From Chrysomallon squamiferum (Eukaryota > Animalia > Mollusca): a DNA stretch of 64,000 bases. This document shows, in pieces, positions 13,374 through 26,069 of this stretch. A program made the translations under genes and the position numbers. The notes below the pieces were generated by a model. It was given only the letters and a program-made list of their open reading frames with translations. It did not search any database and was not told the origin of the DNA. Position 1 is the stretch's first letter. Every line of letters begins with the position of its first letter. Location: the NCBI GenBank assembly GCA_012295275.1, contig CM022665.1, positions 27,280,001 to 27,344,000 on the forward strand. The letters are read 5' to 3'.

Positions 13374-16300
13374 TCTTTTTCAAATAATTAAATATAAGTT
13401 AGACAAACCAGCTCTTCATTTGATGTTACAATACTTATAATTCATTACTTTTAAACTGTTTCTAACTCATAAACCTAACATTTAATGTGGCAGACACATT
13501 TACGATTCATTTATTTTGTCATAAATAGCAAATATAAATCGATATAATATGATAAAAGAAATGAAAATAATAATAATTGTGATTTTTTCGGCAAATGTCT
13601 AACATTATCTAAAGGAAACAAACAAAACAAAACAGAGCAAAGCAAAATAAAATTAAATAAATAATATTATTAATAATAATAATAAATACAAAGCAAAATA
13701 ACTAAATAATGGGTTAGCTCTTTTCATTTGATTTTCTCGTTTTCACTTTCTGTATCTTTCAATTTTTTTTTTTTTTTTTTGTATCATCTTTTTGTTTCTC
13801 TTCCATTGCATAACTTTCCCTTCTTGAAACACACATACACAGGCACATATACATATACATAAATACATATTTTTTTACTCTAAGTAATTGCAGAATAACA
13901 TTTAAACGACAAGAAAAATTATTTTGCTACTCCGTGACGAGTTCTTTTTCAAATTATCGTAATTGCTTCCATAATCAACAAAAGATTCAGTCACACTACT
14001 GAAGACGTCAAAGTCAGAAACTTGCGTTTGCAATCTGACAGGTTTGCGACATGACGCACCGGGTCTACCGGAGTTCTGCCCAGACAGCCGTGTTTTTAAC
14101 AAATGATGGTCGTAAGGTATGCAGGCCTTTTAAAAATCCCATTAATACAATAACACGATGAGTCATTCCCTTTCAGAACGAAGGCGATATAGCAAAATTA
14201 CAGTGTTTTGATGAACATAATTATTTGCTGATTACATAAAGGCTACATGCCTTCATCTCGGAATGGGATCGGGCGTTTACAGGAATCCCAATTTCGACAT
14301 GGCGATGGATGAGTTAATCAGATAACCACGAAGCATATCAAAAACATAAGATCACAGCCCGTAACAACGACGCTACTCTGCGATAATGAAGTTATTTAAG
14401 TTAGTTAAAGCCTCGTCCAACTGTTGATGTCCATTTCCTGTTTAATTAGATTGTTAAGCTTCATATGGCATAAAGCCTAGCCTCTGGTCAATATTAGCTA
14501 TGACCAGGGGTCAGCATATTGATTGCAGAGTGTGTTATGAATTCAGAACCAGTGTCAACCAATGGATGACGTTAACGAACAGTTGGAAATTGCGACATCG
14601 TTCTTGGTAATAATAATACGGTCTGGTCATTGTGGTTTGGAGCATACTGAACGAAAATAAATAAATAGAAGCAGTATATATATTAAGAGTAAATGTTATT
14701 TTTCTAATACATATATATTTTTAATGCTATTTTGAAATTATCATACTTTGAATTTTTAAGTCAGAATTACAGCATATTATTTAGCGAGATGAATGTAATA
14801 AGATACTTAAATAACCAGAACAGTTACTACAATTATTACAGCGATAACAATAACTGAAAATAAAAGTGTAAAAAGAAATTTTAAAATATTTAGCAAATAC
14901 ATAACTTTATTGGAGTTAGAATCGAGATACTCCACAAAGAACTGTTACAGATAATCTAATAAAAGTGTCTTAATTCTGACATCTACAAACGAACTTCAGA
15001 CAAAAGATATCTTTCAAATTGAAAGGTAGTCAGTACAGTAGAGAAAGTGTCTGTGTGAAGTTACCAGGTAGCCAGTATGGCGGTAAGTTTCCGTATCTCG
15101 GTTACCATATGTTTGAAAGTTAATTATTTGATTGATAACGGATCACTTCTTTCCTTTCCATTTATTTCTTCTTTTGCTTCACACTGTTTGTTAAAAGGGA
15201 TCTCATAATGTTTTAAAACGAATTCTGATGTTTCAACACATACTAAAATTACCTTAACACATAAATGCCTTTGCGAATAGGAAATGTCTTTCGTTCTCAG
15301 ATGGATACTTTTAATATTGGCGTGTTTTCTAAAGTGATTTTTTTAAAGGTAGAAAACAAACCAAAAAAAAAAAAAAAAAAAAATAAAAAAATATATATAT
15401 AAAAAAGAAGAAGAGGAAAAGAAACAAGAAACGAAAAAAGCAATTACTGAAATTCTCAGTATATTTGATAAGACGCTAACGAAGCTGATTACAAGCTGTC
15501 GGATTTGTTCACTTCCTGTCGAAGTCCAGATACGATCAAATAATGGCGGCCATTTTGACAGCCAGTTCTGCTCATCTCTGCGCCAGTACAAATAAACCAT
15601 TAGTTGTGGAAAGAAAGCTGTATTCGTGTTACCTTTACAAGTTGCCAGTGAAGTGTAATTGAATGAAGTCCAGACGGGATTATGAAGACGAATTGCACTT
15701 TACTTGTAAACCAGTAACACATTAACACAGATAACAAGATTTTCTTCCGTTAGTATAACCATCTTGAACCAAGGTCGATTCCGTTGGCTACAAAGCATTA
15801 ATTACTGTGTGTCTCGCTTATCGTCGACCTTCGCTGTATAGTATGACCTTTTATGATTAGATTAAGAAAAGAATAGCTTTCAGTTATCTAACCAAATATA
15901 ATCGAGTTAACTATACAATAAACAATGGTTGTTTTGCATATTTCATCTTCAAATTAATTTTTAAGACGATATATATATATATTTAAAGAATATTTTTGTG
16001 TATCTAAAATATTTATTATTTGCAAATATTTTCCCCGCTTGTTAATATTAACCACAGTGACGGTCTTAGAGCTTCAAGAATTTTGAAGAATTAAACAAGA
16101 AGCTATTAATGATTAATTTTATTTTATGATTAATGTTTTTTTTTTTTTTTTTTTTTTTTTTTGTAATGTTGTTGTCAATAAATTAAGTAATATTTATCCC
16201 ACGCTACTTTAATGCATATTAATACTCTTGCTGTGGGATGCATTTACAAGTTAGAATAAATTACCTTTCGTATACGCTTTGGCATAGCCACTGAAATAGA

Positions 16301-17150
16301 AACCGTGTATTATTTTATAATTACAAATAAATGATTTTATATGAGAGGTTTACCAAAATAACAATACTCATGTCAAGTCCTTCCTCAAAAAAAAAAAAAA
16401 GCTTGCGAATGTGCAGTTTCACTCTAAATTACCACCAGTATACCTATGAATGTCGCCTTTCATCCATTAGCCATGCCAGTGAATGTCTTCATTAAACAAC
16501 AACATATATCAAACATAAATAACTTTGTTAAGTTTTGTTTTTATGTTAATATCCTTGAAGTATAAAATATGGCAAACACAAGGCACAAAAATGTGCTAAA
16601 TGGGGTCGATCAGGTGACCTTTAGAAGAATTACATCCGGTCTGTCGATGCAGATAAAACGTTGATGCATTAAAGAATAAATTGCTTGGTATAAATAAGCT
16701 TAGACATGATACTTCTGGTACATTCGCTCATCATGGTGGTCCATGCCAAAACCGAGCCAAAAAAGAAAAAAAAAATCAAATACAAAAAAAATCTTTATCA
16801 ACAAAAGGCGTAACTTGGAGGAGTTTCGGTTATGGCCTGACCAGCTAAAAGACGACAGAAGTTTTTAAAACATATATATACACTGTCGTGTATAGTGTTG
16901 CTAATTGGCAAGTTAAAGTGCCACTCTTTGAATTCATTACACCCAATATCACATTCTGTTAACTAGTCTTTGCACCGTGTTAAGTTATATGACATGTTTA
17001 TGCAAGCTGAGTCTCGTAAATTGGCTCGTTGTGACAGGCAACTGATATGATGAGATAGCGCGCAGATACAACAGTGAAAGCAGCTGATTACAGTTTAAGT
17101 TTCTCTTTAAACACAAGATGATTTTAATCGGGTTAGAGGAACAGCCACGT

Positions 17151-17181
<31 letters not shown>

Positions 17182-18388
17182 TCCATAATAATATATGTTT
17201 TTTTAATATAAAGGGAAAAAATGTCTCTTTAAGATAAGATAAAAGTTTGAATGAAAAAAATTTAAAAAATGTAAAAAAATGTCTAAATCATTTTAAATGT
17301 CATTATTATGTACATTCATAAAGAACTACTTTCCATCTTCGTTAAATAAAACTTTAAAAATATTTTAAATCAGAGAAAGACAAAGTTTTGCTAGACTGTA
17401 TACAAAAATAAATCGTTTCAATAAAAAACCTGCATTAAAAAAGTATTAATTTAATAACATATATATTCATCACTATCTGCTTTACTTACTACTCTCTATA
17501 GTTCGTCTATAATTATGTTTGATGTGTCTGTCTGTCGTTAATCGGTATATTTAACAGACACCCAACATCAAAAGGTTAAAAGCTTATATAATGTAATTCC
17601 CTTCAAAACGGACGGTGACGCATATGGTTTATTTGACAAGAAGATCGAAGTTACATCGCCTAGAAATCGCTAATTAAAGCTCGGTGTGTAAACAGTGTCC
17701 GTAGACAACAGTTCTATCTTCCATCTGACCGTGGTCAGTAACTAACCCGGACAATGCTTTCGTCTGGCCAGTTTGTTTGATCAGTGACAAACTTTTCTAC
17801 AAGATGTGAGACTGTATTAGCTCTATTCGGTTATGACAGGCCTCGAATAAACAGAATCTCAAGAAATTGAGTTCCTTCTTAAATACTGATTCATCGTGAC
17901 CAGACTGTTTTCGTTTGCTTTCTGGAAAACTGGCGTACAAACTGTAGTTAATTTTATAATTGGCTATTTAACGCTAGGTAACCATTTTACCGTTTCGTCG
18001 TACTTATTTAAAATATGTATACTTTGCATTATTGTCTTCCGAAAGAATGAGATCATAATTAGATTTCAGTGTGAAATGTTTAATTTTAGCTAAAATGTTA
18101 ACTAGAGAAAAAAAAGTCCCTTAAAACAGCGTTTCTAATAATTTGATCTCTTGAACTTTAAGAAGACGTTTAGGTCATAGGTTCTCTGGCTGTGTAAATT
18201 TTCTGTCCAGGCCAGGACCTAGTAACTAGTATTTTATTATCTTTAGCATCTTTGTGGAAACTAATTAGAAAATAATGATAACAATGATGATGATGACGTA
18301 ATAAATTGTTTATAATGCGAAACTAATAATACTCCAAAATTATTTACGTTTTCTTACATTTATGAATGCCTATAGGTTTTATGTGCGT

Positions 18389-18392
<4 letters not shown>

Positions 18393-18449
<57 letters not shown>

Positions 18450-18482
18450 TATAGATAATAATAACAACAACAACAACAACAA
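18393..18482. repeat. (AAT)n / (AAC)n microsatellite
   Basis: Direct inspection. Confidence 0.95.
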
Positions 18483-21400
18483 TAGTAATAAAGTAATAAA
18501 TTAATACAATTTTAATCACTAGATACGGACAGTTTCTGTGCTGTTCACGGCAAGTCTAATACTTTGTCAGTTAAACCGCGCTAGTGTTAAATACGATAAT
18601 GGCGTGCAATTATCATCTTACACAGGTGCTCTCTTTGTTCTCAGACGCTGCTAATTGGAAAATTGGGAAAACTAAACGTTCTTGTCTGTCACCATTATTC
18701 AGTGTCACGATGTTTGAAACCGTCGTTTAAATACGCTGCGTACAGACTGTTATAACACAGGGTAACACAAGACATGCCAAATTATGTCTTAACAAAACAG
18801 TGTGGCATAATGTCACTGCGTAAATAAGTGGTGTCTTTGTGTTTCTAATTCATTGGTCGAAAGTGCAAGATAAAACAAAGAGACGTTGTTTTAATTTTAC
18901 TTGTTAAATTCAATGTCATTTTCCGTGAAACATGACACAAAAATATTTTTTTTTCTAATGACGGTTACAGAAACAAACTAACATAAGTTCTATAAAATAT
19001 ATTCAGATTAGCTTATAGCACTAGTGCTGGTAGTAAAAGCGGTAGAAGTTGTAATAAGAGAAGAAAATCACATTTTGACACGTACTGTTTAGTAGAAAAG
19101 CCTTTGTTGGTTTGTTTATATCTTGAAATACGAATAATGCAAGCTCTTTGTTTTCATGCCTCTATAATTCGTTGTAATTTATAAAGGTGGTTTCCATTTA
19201 TTGCTGTTGAAGAGATAGTATTTGTTGTTGTCATCGTTGTTCAATATTTAATTAATAAAACAATAATCTTGCTGGAATTAATAAATTAAACTCGTCTCGC
19301 CATCCTCGTCTGCCACACTTTTTATAGGTGGCGCTGACATTAAGCTTACGAAATAGCTTGTAATCCGTTTTATTTTTTTTTTAATATCGCCTCGTACATT
19401 ACCCTTCACAAAAGACGTGACAAGCAGAATTATCTCAACGTTGTCGCGTGAACAAGTCAAAAAAAAAAAAAAAAAAAAGCCAATAAAATTTTGTAAATAA
19501 ATATTAATGTCGTTACGTAAAATGACAGAGAAATGATGGCCATTGCGAACTGTTATAATCCCAATGGGTGCCTCGTCTCTGTCATAATTACGATTAAACA
19601 GCTGTTCTGAAATATTTTAATTAATAAGCTCGATGGAGCCGGAGAGTACTGGAATAAGGTAGTTAATCAAAGGACAGTACAATGCTCAACATGACGTGGA
19701 GCGAAACTGGAGAAATGGTAAACATCCATTATTATGCACACTCAGCTTCGTCTTGTGATGTATTACTGGAATCCATGTCACGAATAGATCGTTATCAGAC
19801 GTTATTTAGATCTAAACTTTTCTTTATTGCTTCCCACGTGCCAGTCTCGCCGATGACATTACGAACACGATGACAGAAACTCTTAAAATAATAATTTAAA
19901 GAAAAGCGAGACGAAATAAAATAATAATTGAATGAAGAAGAAGATTAAAAGAAAAGCTATAAACAGTTTATCAAATAATAATAACGCACTGTTGTCGTTT
20001 GTCGCTAGTTTCTTCTAATTTTCTTTTTGCCATTGTTTTCGGTTTTTAATTTTATTTGCCTATTTTTATATCTTTACCACTGAACATATTGGCATGAAAT
20101 GTTTTACTGTCATTGTTATAGTTTTTTTTTTTTTTTTTTTCTAACTATAATATTTAGTTTTTTCTTTATTTTTCTTTATTTTTTCTTATGGATAGCTTTT
20201 AGAATACAATATTAATATGAATTATTATGCAAATTCTGTCTTATAAAGATGAGATTTTTTTTAACATATTTATCTTTTAATTGTAAAAGTGAATCTGCTT
20301 ACAGTCAGAATAACAGGATTGCAATGTATTTTCATCTTTCAGTTATTTTTTATATCAATCCTTTCATTCAAGCTATTTTATAAATAAATCATGACAGTCT
20401 GATTCTTAGCAGACGATTTAAAAGATTACTCCTCTCAAACGGTCCCATGTGTAATACTTCACGAAGCTCCCTTCAGGCCTGCACGTGCAAAACTTAATCG
20501 CGTTACTACATTTTATATAAAGCAAAAATTAAATTCTGATGAACACATTACCATTTCTCTAACAAATAATCAAAGACTTAATTTACACTGCAGAGCGTGT
20601 AAGTAAACTGTTTTCATGTAAACACAGTGAACTCATTATTTGTAGTTTTTATTCATTCAAACGTAACAGCTCTTTGAGTTTTACAGGATCAAGAAGTTAC
20701 AGTCGGGTTTCCCTGGGGAAGGGCGGTAAGCCAGGTAAAGTCGTTACGACTGTAATTAATGTCGGATTAGCCAGTCTCAGCGCTGCAGATCATGTTCGAC
20801 CACCAGTCAAACTGTAGTGATGCATGTCTGCAAATAATATCACCACGTTAATTCCAGAAAACATCAGCTGCCATCAAAGAAGCTCGGCAAGCTAGTACTG
20901 ACCCAGGGTCGCCATGTTGTTGAAGAAGAAAATCCTTGATGACCTTTCATCTTTTTCATTTGGAAGCGAGATCGTGACCTCGGTGTTCTGGTGTGAACGA
21001 CTTTCGAAGCGCCTATTGATTATTGGTGATCACGCAAACACCTGTCTCGCAGTTTCTCTACACACGACTTCAAAGTGCTCCCCGCCAACAACTCTTTTCA
21101 CCTCAAGGCAATGGCGACGCCAGATTCATGATGTGTTGGTTCTACACTGTTTATCAGAAACGCTCCACTGAGTGACATTTGAGAAAGCGGGGGAAAAAAA
21201 AAGAAAAAGGACAGAAATTAATTTTCTTTGTATTGTCACATTCAATAGCTTTAACAGATAAACGCTAAAAACCAAATCGTTTTCACATGTTTCCATCACA
21301 ACAGATACAACTGATGATGAGTGTCCGTTCTTTTCGGTTTGTTGCGTTAACTGTTTTCAATAGACTGACGCCCGCTGTTAATCCTTATCCACACGACTGG

Positions 21401-21962
21401 TGACGGGTCGATATTTTAAAGAAATCGATTGATTTACAAATGTTGAGCAGACGCCCTGGGGACTGATTTTCCGCTTTCGTACACTGTAATTTTCCTTTTG
21501 TCTTGCTGTTACTTTTGTTTCATTTTTCATTTCAAAGATAAGTTAATAAATGAACAGTCAAGTTTTGTAGAGACTACATAAAACATTCAAAAGATAAAAG
21601 CTGTAATTTATCTACAACAAAATGTTTGCGAGTTGAAATGTAAATGAGTCTATTTGATTTATATTTGATCATTTCTTTTATTAAAAGCAATAACAAACCT
21701 ACAAAACAACAGCGTTTTTCTCTGATTTATTCATTCACACGTATAATTAGTATTGTGAATAGGTTATAAAATAAAAATAAAATGAGTACTTGTTGTTAAA
21801 TGGTTCTATTTGAATTACTGTTACATTTTGGAAATAATATTAAATGAAGAATTTCATACTTAATAAAACTATTCATTTTAAAAGGAATAAAAATAAAACA
21901 AAAAAGGAAAAAAGAACAATCACAACAAGAACAATAAATAAATATTTAAATAAGGAGAAGCA

Positions 21963-22017
<55 letters not shown>

Positions 22018-22894
22018 ATATAAAAAATATTAACTAGTTGGTATTCTTCTTCTTATTATTATTTTAACCAATAAATAAATTTATCCAAAATAAAATAAAC
22101 AAATAAGTTAGGAAAAATTAATTCTTCTTAAAAAATAAAGATTTACATAATTCTATTAATTTGCACCCTTTAATCCCTGACCTATCAACACAGAACATAA
22201 ATTTCATTCATGAGAACTATCGTGTTGATTTATCGTTATTTTATTTTTTTTTTGATCTCTCGTAGTCTGCGTGGACTTCAAATTACTCAGGAAATCTACC
22301 ATTTTTCCCTCTAAGCTTTTTCTAATTACTGTTACGAACGCGAGGAAAAGATCTAAATATCTTCGCCGAGGTAAAAACTCGTCTTCACCACGGAAGTGTG
22401 TCGGCACGTGCAGAAAATGAGAAAGTTCTAGCCGAAGTGGTGCAGAGCTCCGAGTCTTTGAATTAACCGAGGTATGTGCGGTGTGCCAGGCCACGCTACC
22501 TCATGTGTTTTGCATTCAAGTGAAATCCCACCAATGTGTGTAGATCAGCGTGTAACTGACAGTGCCGCGGTTCTGATAGTGACACATCTATAAAGATAAT
22601 CACGCGATGGTAGACAGCAGTGTTACTGATTTCCTTACAGACTCGCTCCAGTAACATCCAGGCGGAGCGAGAAGGAAGCCAGGTAGAAGCTATTCAACCT
22701 GTACTTAATTCTTATCTTTTGTTTCATAATAAATGAAAGATGTTTTTTTTTTCTTTCTTGCTGTTGAAGTCATGTTGGTTCTCTTGTTGTTGGTGCCGTG
22801 ATTGCTGTTTTGGCAGATTTGATTTCTTTCGCAAAAGACAAATGAATAATTATTTAACAAAATTAATGCATAAAAACAACACGTTTATTTGCTT

Positions 22895-23027
<133 letters not shown>

Positions 23028-23593
23028 AAACAAATGGAAAGCGAGGGAACAGAAATGTGTGAGACAGAGACAAAGACAGATTAGAATAAAAAGAAATAAG
23101 AAACAGAGAATGAGGGCATGAAAGAAAATACAGAGACAGAAATAAGGAAACAGATTCATCGAAATAAACTCGAAAAACCCATTTATTTTCAAATGATTGA
23201 TCTGAACTGATTAACTGATGATCTAAAGCTACAGACAGGTGATATCCATCAGCAGTGACAACATACAGGAGTTAGACAACAACAAACAATATAATGTTAT
23301 GACTATTACACTAGCGCGGATGTAAGGCAGTGTTATAAATAGACGAGGTGTGAAAACGTACTCTGTGTACATCTGTAAACACGACTGAAGCAGTACTGTT
23401 TACACAAGACTTGAAGAACTGTGAACGCCTTGATGTAATATGATGGATAAGCAAGAACAGGAAGACGTGTTTAGGAACAGTTTTTCTTCTTTCTTTTTCT
23501 GTTTGATAAAACGTGTTCATACTTAGTTTAAAAGGAAGATACATATAGAAGATTATTTGTTGCAAATCGAGAAAAAGAAAATGGAATCATTAA

Positions 23594-23594
<1 letters not shown>

Positions 23595-23640
<46 letters not shown>

Positions 23641-23705
23641 TAAATAAAAAAATAAATAAACAAACAAACAAACAAACAAACAAACAAACAAACAAACAAA
23701 CAAAT
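23595..23705. repeat. (AAT)n plus (AAAC)n microsatellites
   Basis: Direct inspection. Confidence 0.95.
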
Positions 23706-24353
23706 AAATAGAAAAAAAAATAGAAAAAAAGAATGACTTTTTCTTATCATCGTGTGTACGGTAGTTAACTTCATTATATTACCATGTAAGAGTAGATAAA
23801 GAAATTTATAAATATTAAATGCTCTGTTTAAACAGAACATTTCTTTCTGTTTAAACAGAACTAAACGTTCACACATTTTTCAAAACTTTTTGTTTTAACT
23901 CAGTCTCTTGATTATTTTCTCTCATTTATCATTCTTCCTAAAGCTTTATATATATATATATATATTAAACACGAAAAAGAAAATAAGAAAAAGTCACTAC
24001 CACTGTAGTTTTGTTATTAAAATCTTTACTCCAAATTACGTAGCATTTTAAAGGTTTATCATATCCATGAGAAAAAGATAAGCTAAATGAACAGAATACG
24101 CATTTCTGTTAATGTAATAAACTAACCATGTAAATTAAGTTTTCGTTATCGTGGTCATCATCATCATCGTCACCTACTGCGCTGTGGAAACTTGTAATTA
24201 AGGTCGGTGTTATATATTATTTTCATCACGGTTCCCGGTCATTAGTGAACATAACAAAAAATCAATCTAAATAATATTAATGATAGAGCTAGAAAAATTA
24301 ATTTGACTGAAAGCAAATATGAATTAAAATAGTTGATTAAAATAATAATAATA

Positions 24354-24404
<51 letters not shown>

Positions 24405-24698
24405 GAATTAAAGATTTACTTTGATTATAATGAGAATAAATGCTTCATATAGCACGTATCACTTTTCTTTCAAGCTGTATTTCATGCTAGAGATAATTGA
24501 AATGATTAAAGCTGGAAATGAGGTTTTATGATGACGTTATGTATTCTGTTATAGTTTCTAATATTTTGTAAAAAGGTGACTCATTTTATCTTGGAGTGTG
24601 TATGTATTCATAAACACCTCAAACTGCAAAGGGACACTTTCTAATAGAAAAAGACGATGACAAAGTTTTTGTGCGAAATGCTGTTTAGAAAAATGATA

Positions 24699-24711
24699 CT
24701 ACTATTACTAT

Positions 24712-24764
<53 letters not shown>

Positions 24765-24781
24765 ATAATAATAATAATAAT
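24699..24781. repeat. (ACT)n(AAT)n microsatellite
   Basis: Direct inspection. Confidence 0.95.
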
Positions 24782-26034
24782 ACCGGTAACTACAATAAAA
24801 CATTCGATTATAAACATTTAAGGTACTAATCATCTGCAGTATGTATTAAAGTGTTAACATACGAGGAACAATCTTAATATTTAAGTTTTTTTTATTTGTT
24901 TTGTTTCTTTATCTTTAATTGGAATGAGGCCATTCCACTACAGGATATAAAATACATTCCCAAAATAAAAAAAAAAAAAAGGCAGGGCAGCATATACCAT
25001 AATATTTGCAATATCAGGTTATCTGCAATAATAATACTCTGTTTACCCATCTCACGACTAAGACTGTACCATCTTTCATTATCACGAAGAATAGTGACAT
25101 AGATAAAAACATACTATCTTGCATTAACATCAAAGAATCGGTACCTATCTAAAGCTAGTCTTTGTCTTACGGGAAAACAAGGCAACCGTGGTAGCCTTTG
25201 TCTTCATCAAAGTAAGACGTTAACTGTTATCTTCTCATTTTCTTTCTCTGACAAGATTCTGTTTGCATTAAGTTTATTCGCTTGTGACATCAAACTGTAG
25301 ATCTGGGGGATCACTGAAAATCCTATTGCGCTGGTTTTACGTCGCTGACTTTGAAGGAGAGTAATCAGGTTTTAGTTACCGCAGACTGTCTAAGTCCCAG
25401 ATAAACAAAAGAGCAAGAAGGAATAAAAAAAAATATGTGACGATTTTTAGCCATTCTAAACTGATGTATGTGTGTACATGTATATATATATATATATATA
25501 TGTCTATAGATTTTTTCGTACTTTGTAAATATAAAATATTCATATTTAATTCCAAGTCATTACAATAAATAATAATAATAATAAATGTCAGGTAAAAAGT
25601 CAGAGAAAAAAATGTCAAGTTTTTATATGTGAGCATGGGTCATTATTTACCTATCTATTTATTTATTTACTGTTTATGTTATTCTGTTCGAAAACGTTTA
25701 ACAAAAATATGTCTTCATTAGAAAATTTCACCTCGAGTAGGAAAACATTGTTAAATTAATCTTATTTACATTCCAGGCTGGGTTTTTTTTTTTTTTTTTT
25801 TTTTTACTTTGTTAGGTATACTGTTCTCTCTTCATGGGAGCTAGTATATAATGTTGTTGCTAGCTACAAAAACTATTTTAAAATGAAAAAGAAGAAGAAG
25901 AAAAACAAATGTTTCAGATATGAACATCATATATAGCAGTTTGATCTAAGAGGGAAAATGGGTGATCTCATTATTTCTCCATGGCGCCCTAGAACTTAAA
26001 ACTGTATTCTAACAAGTGTCAAATAAAACTGACG

Positions 26035-26069
<35 letters not shown>

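Noticed and set aside
18204-18230. Helitron-like 3' end (small hairpin followed by CTAGT)
   Set aside because: The stem is only 4 bp, and no 5' end or second copy was found.
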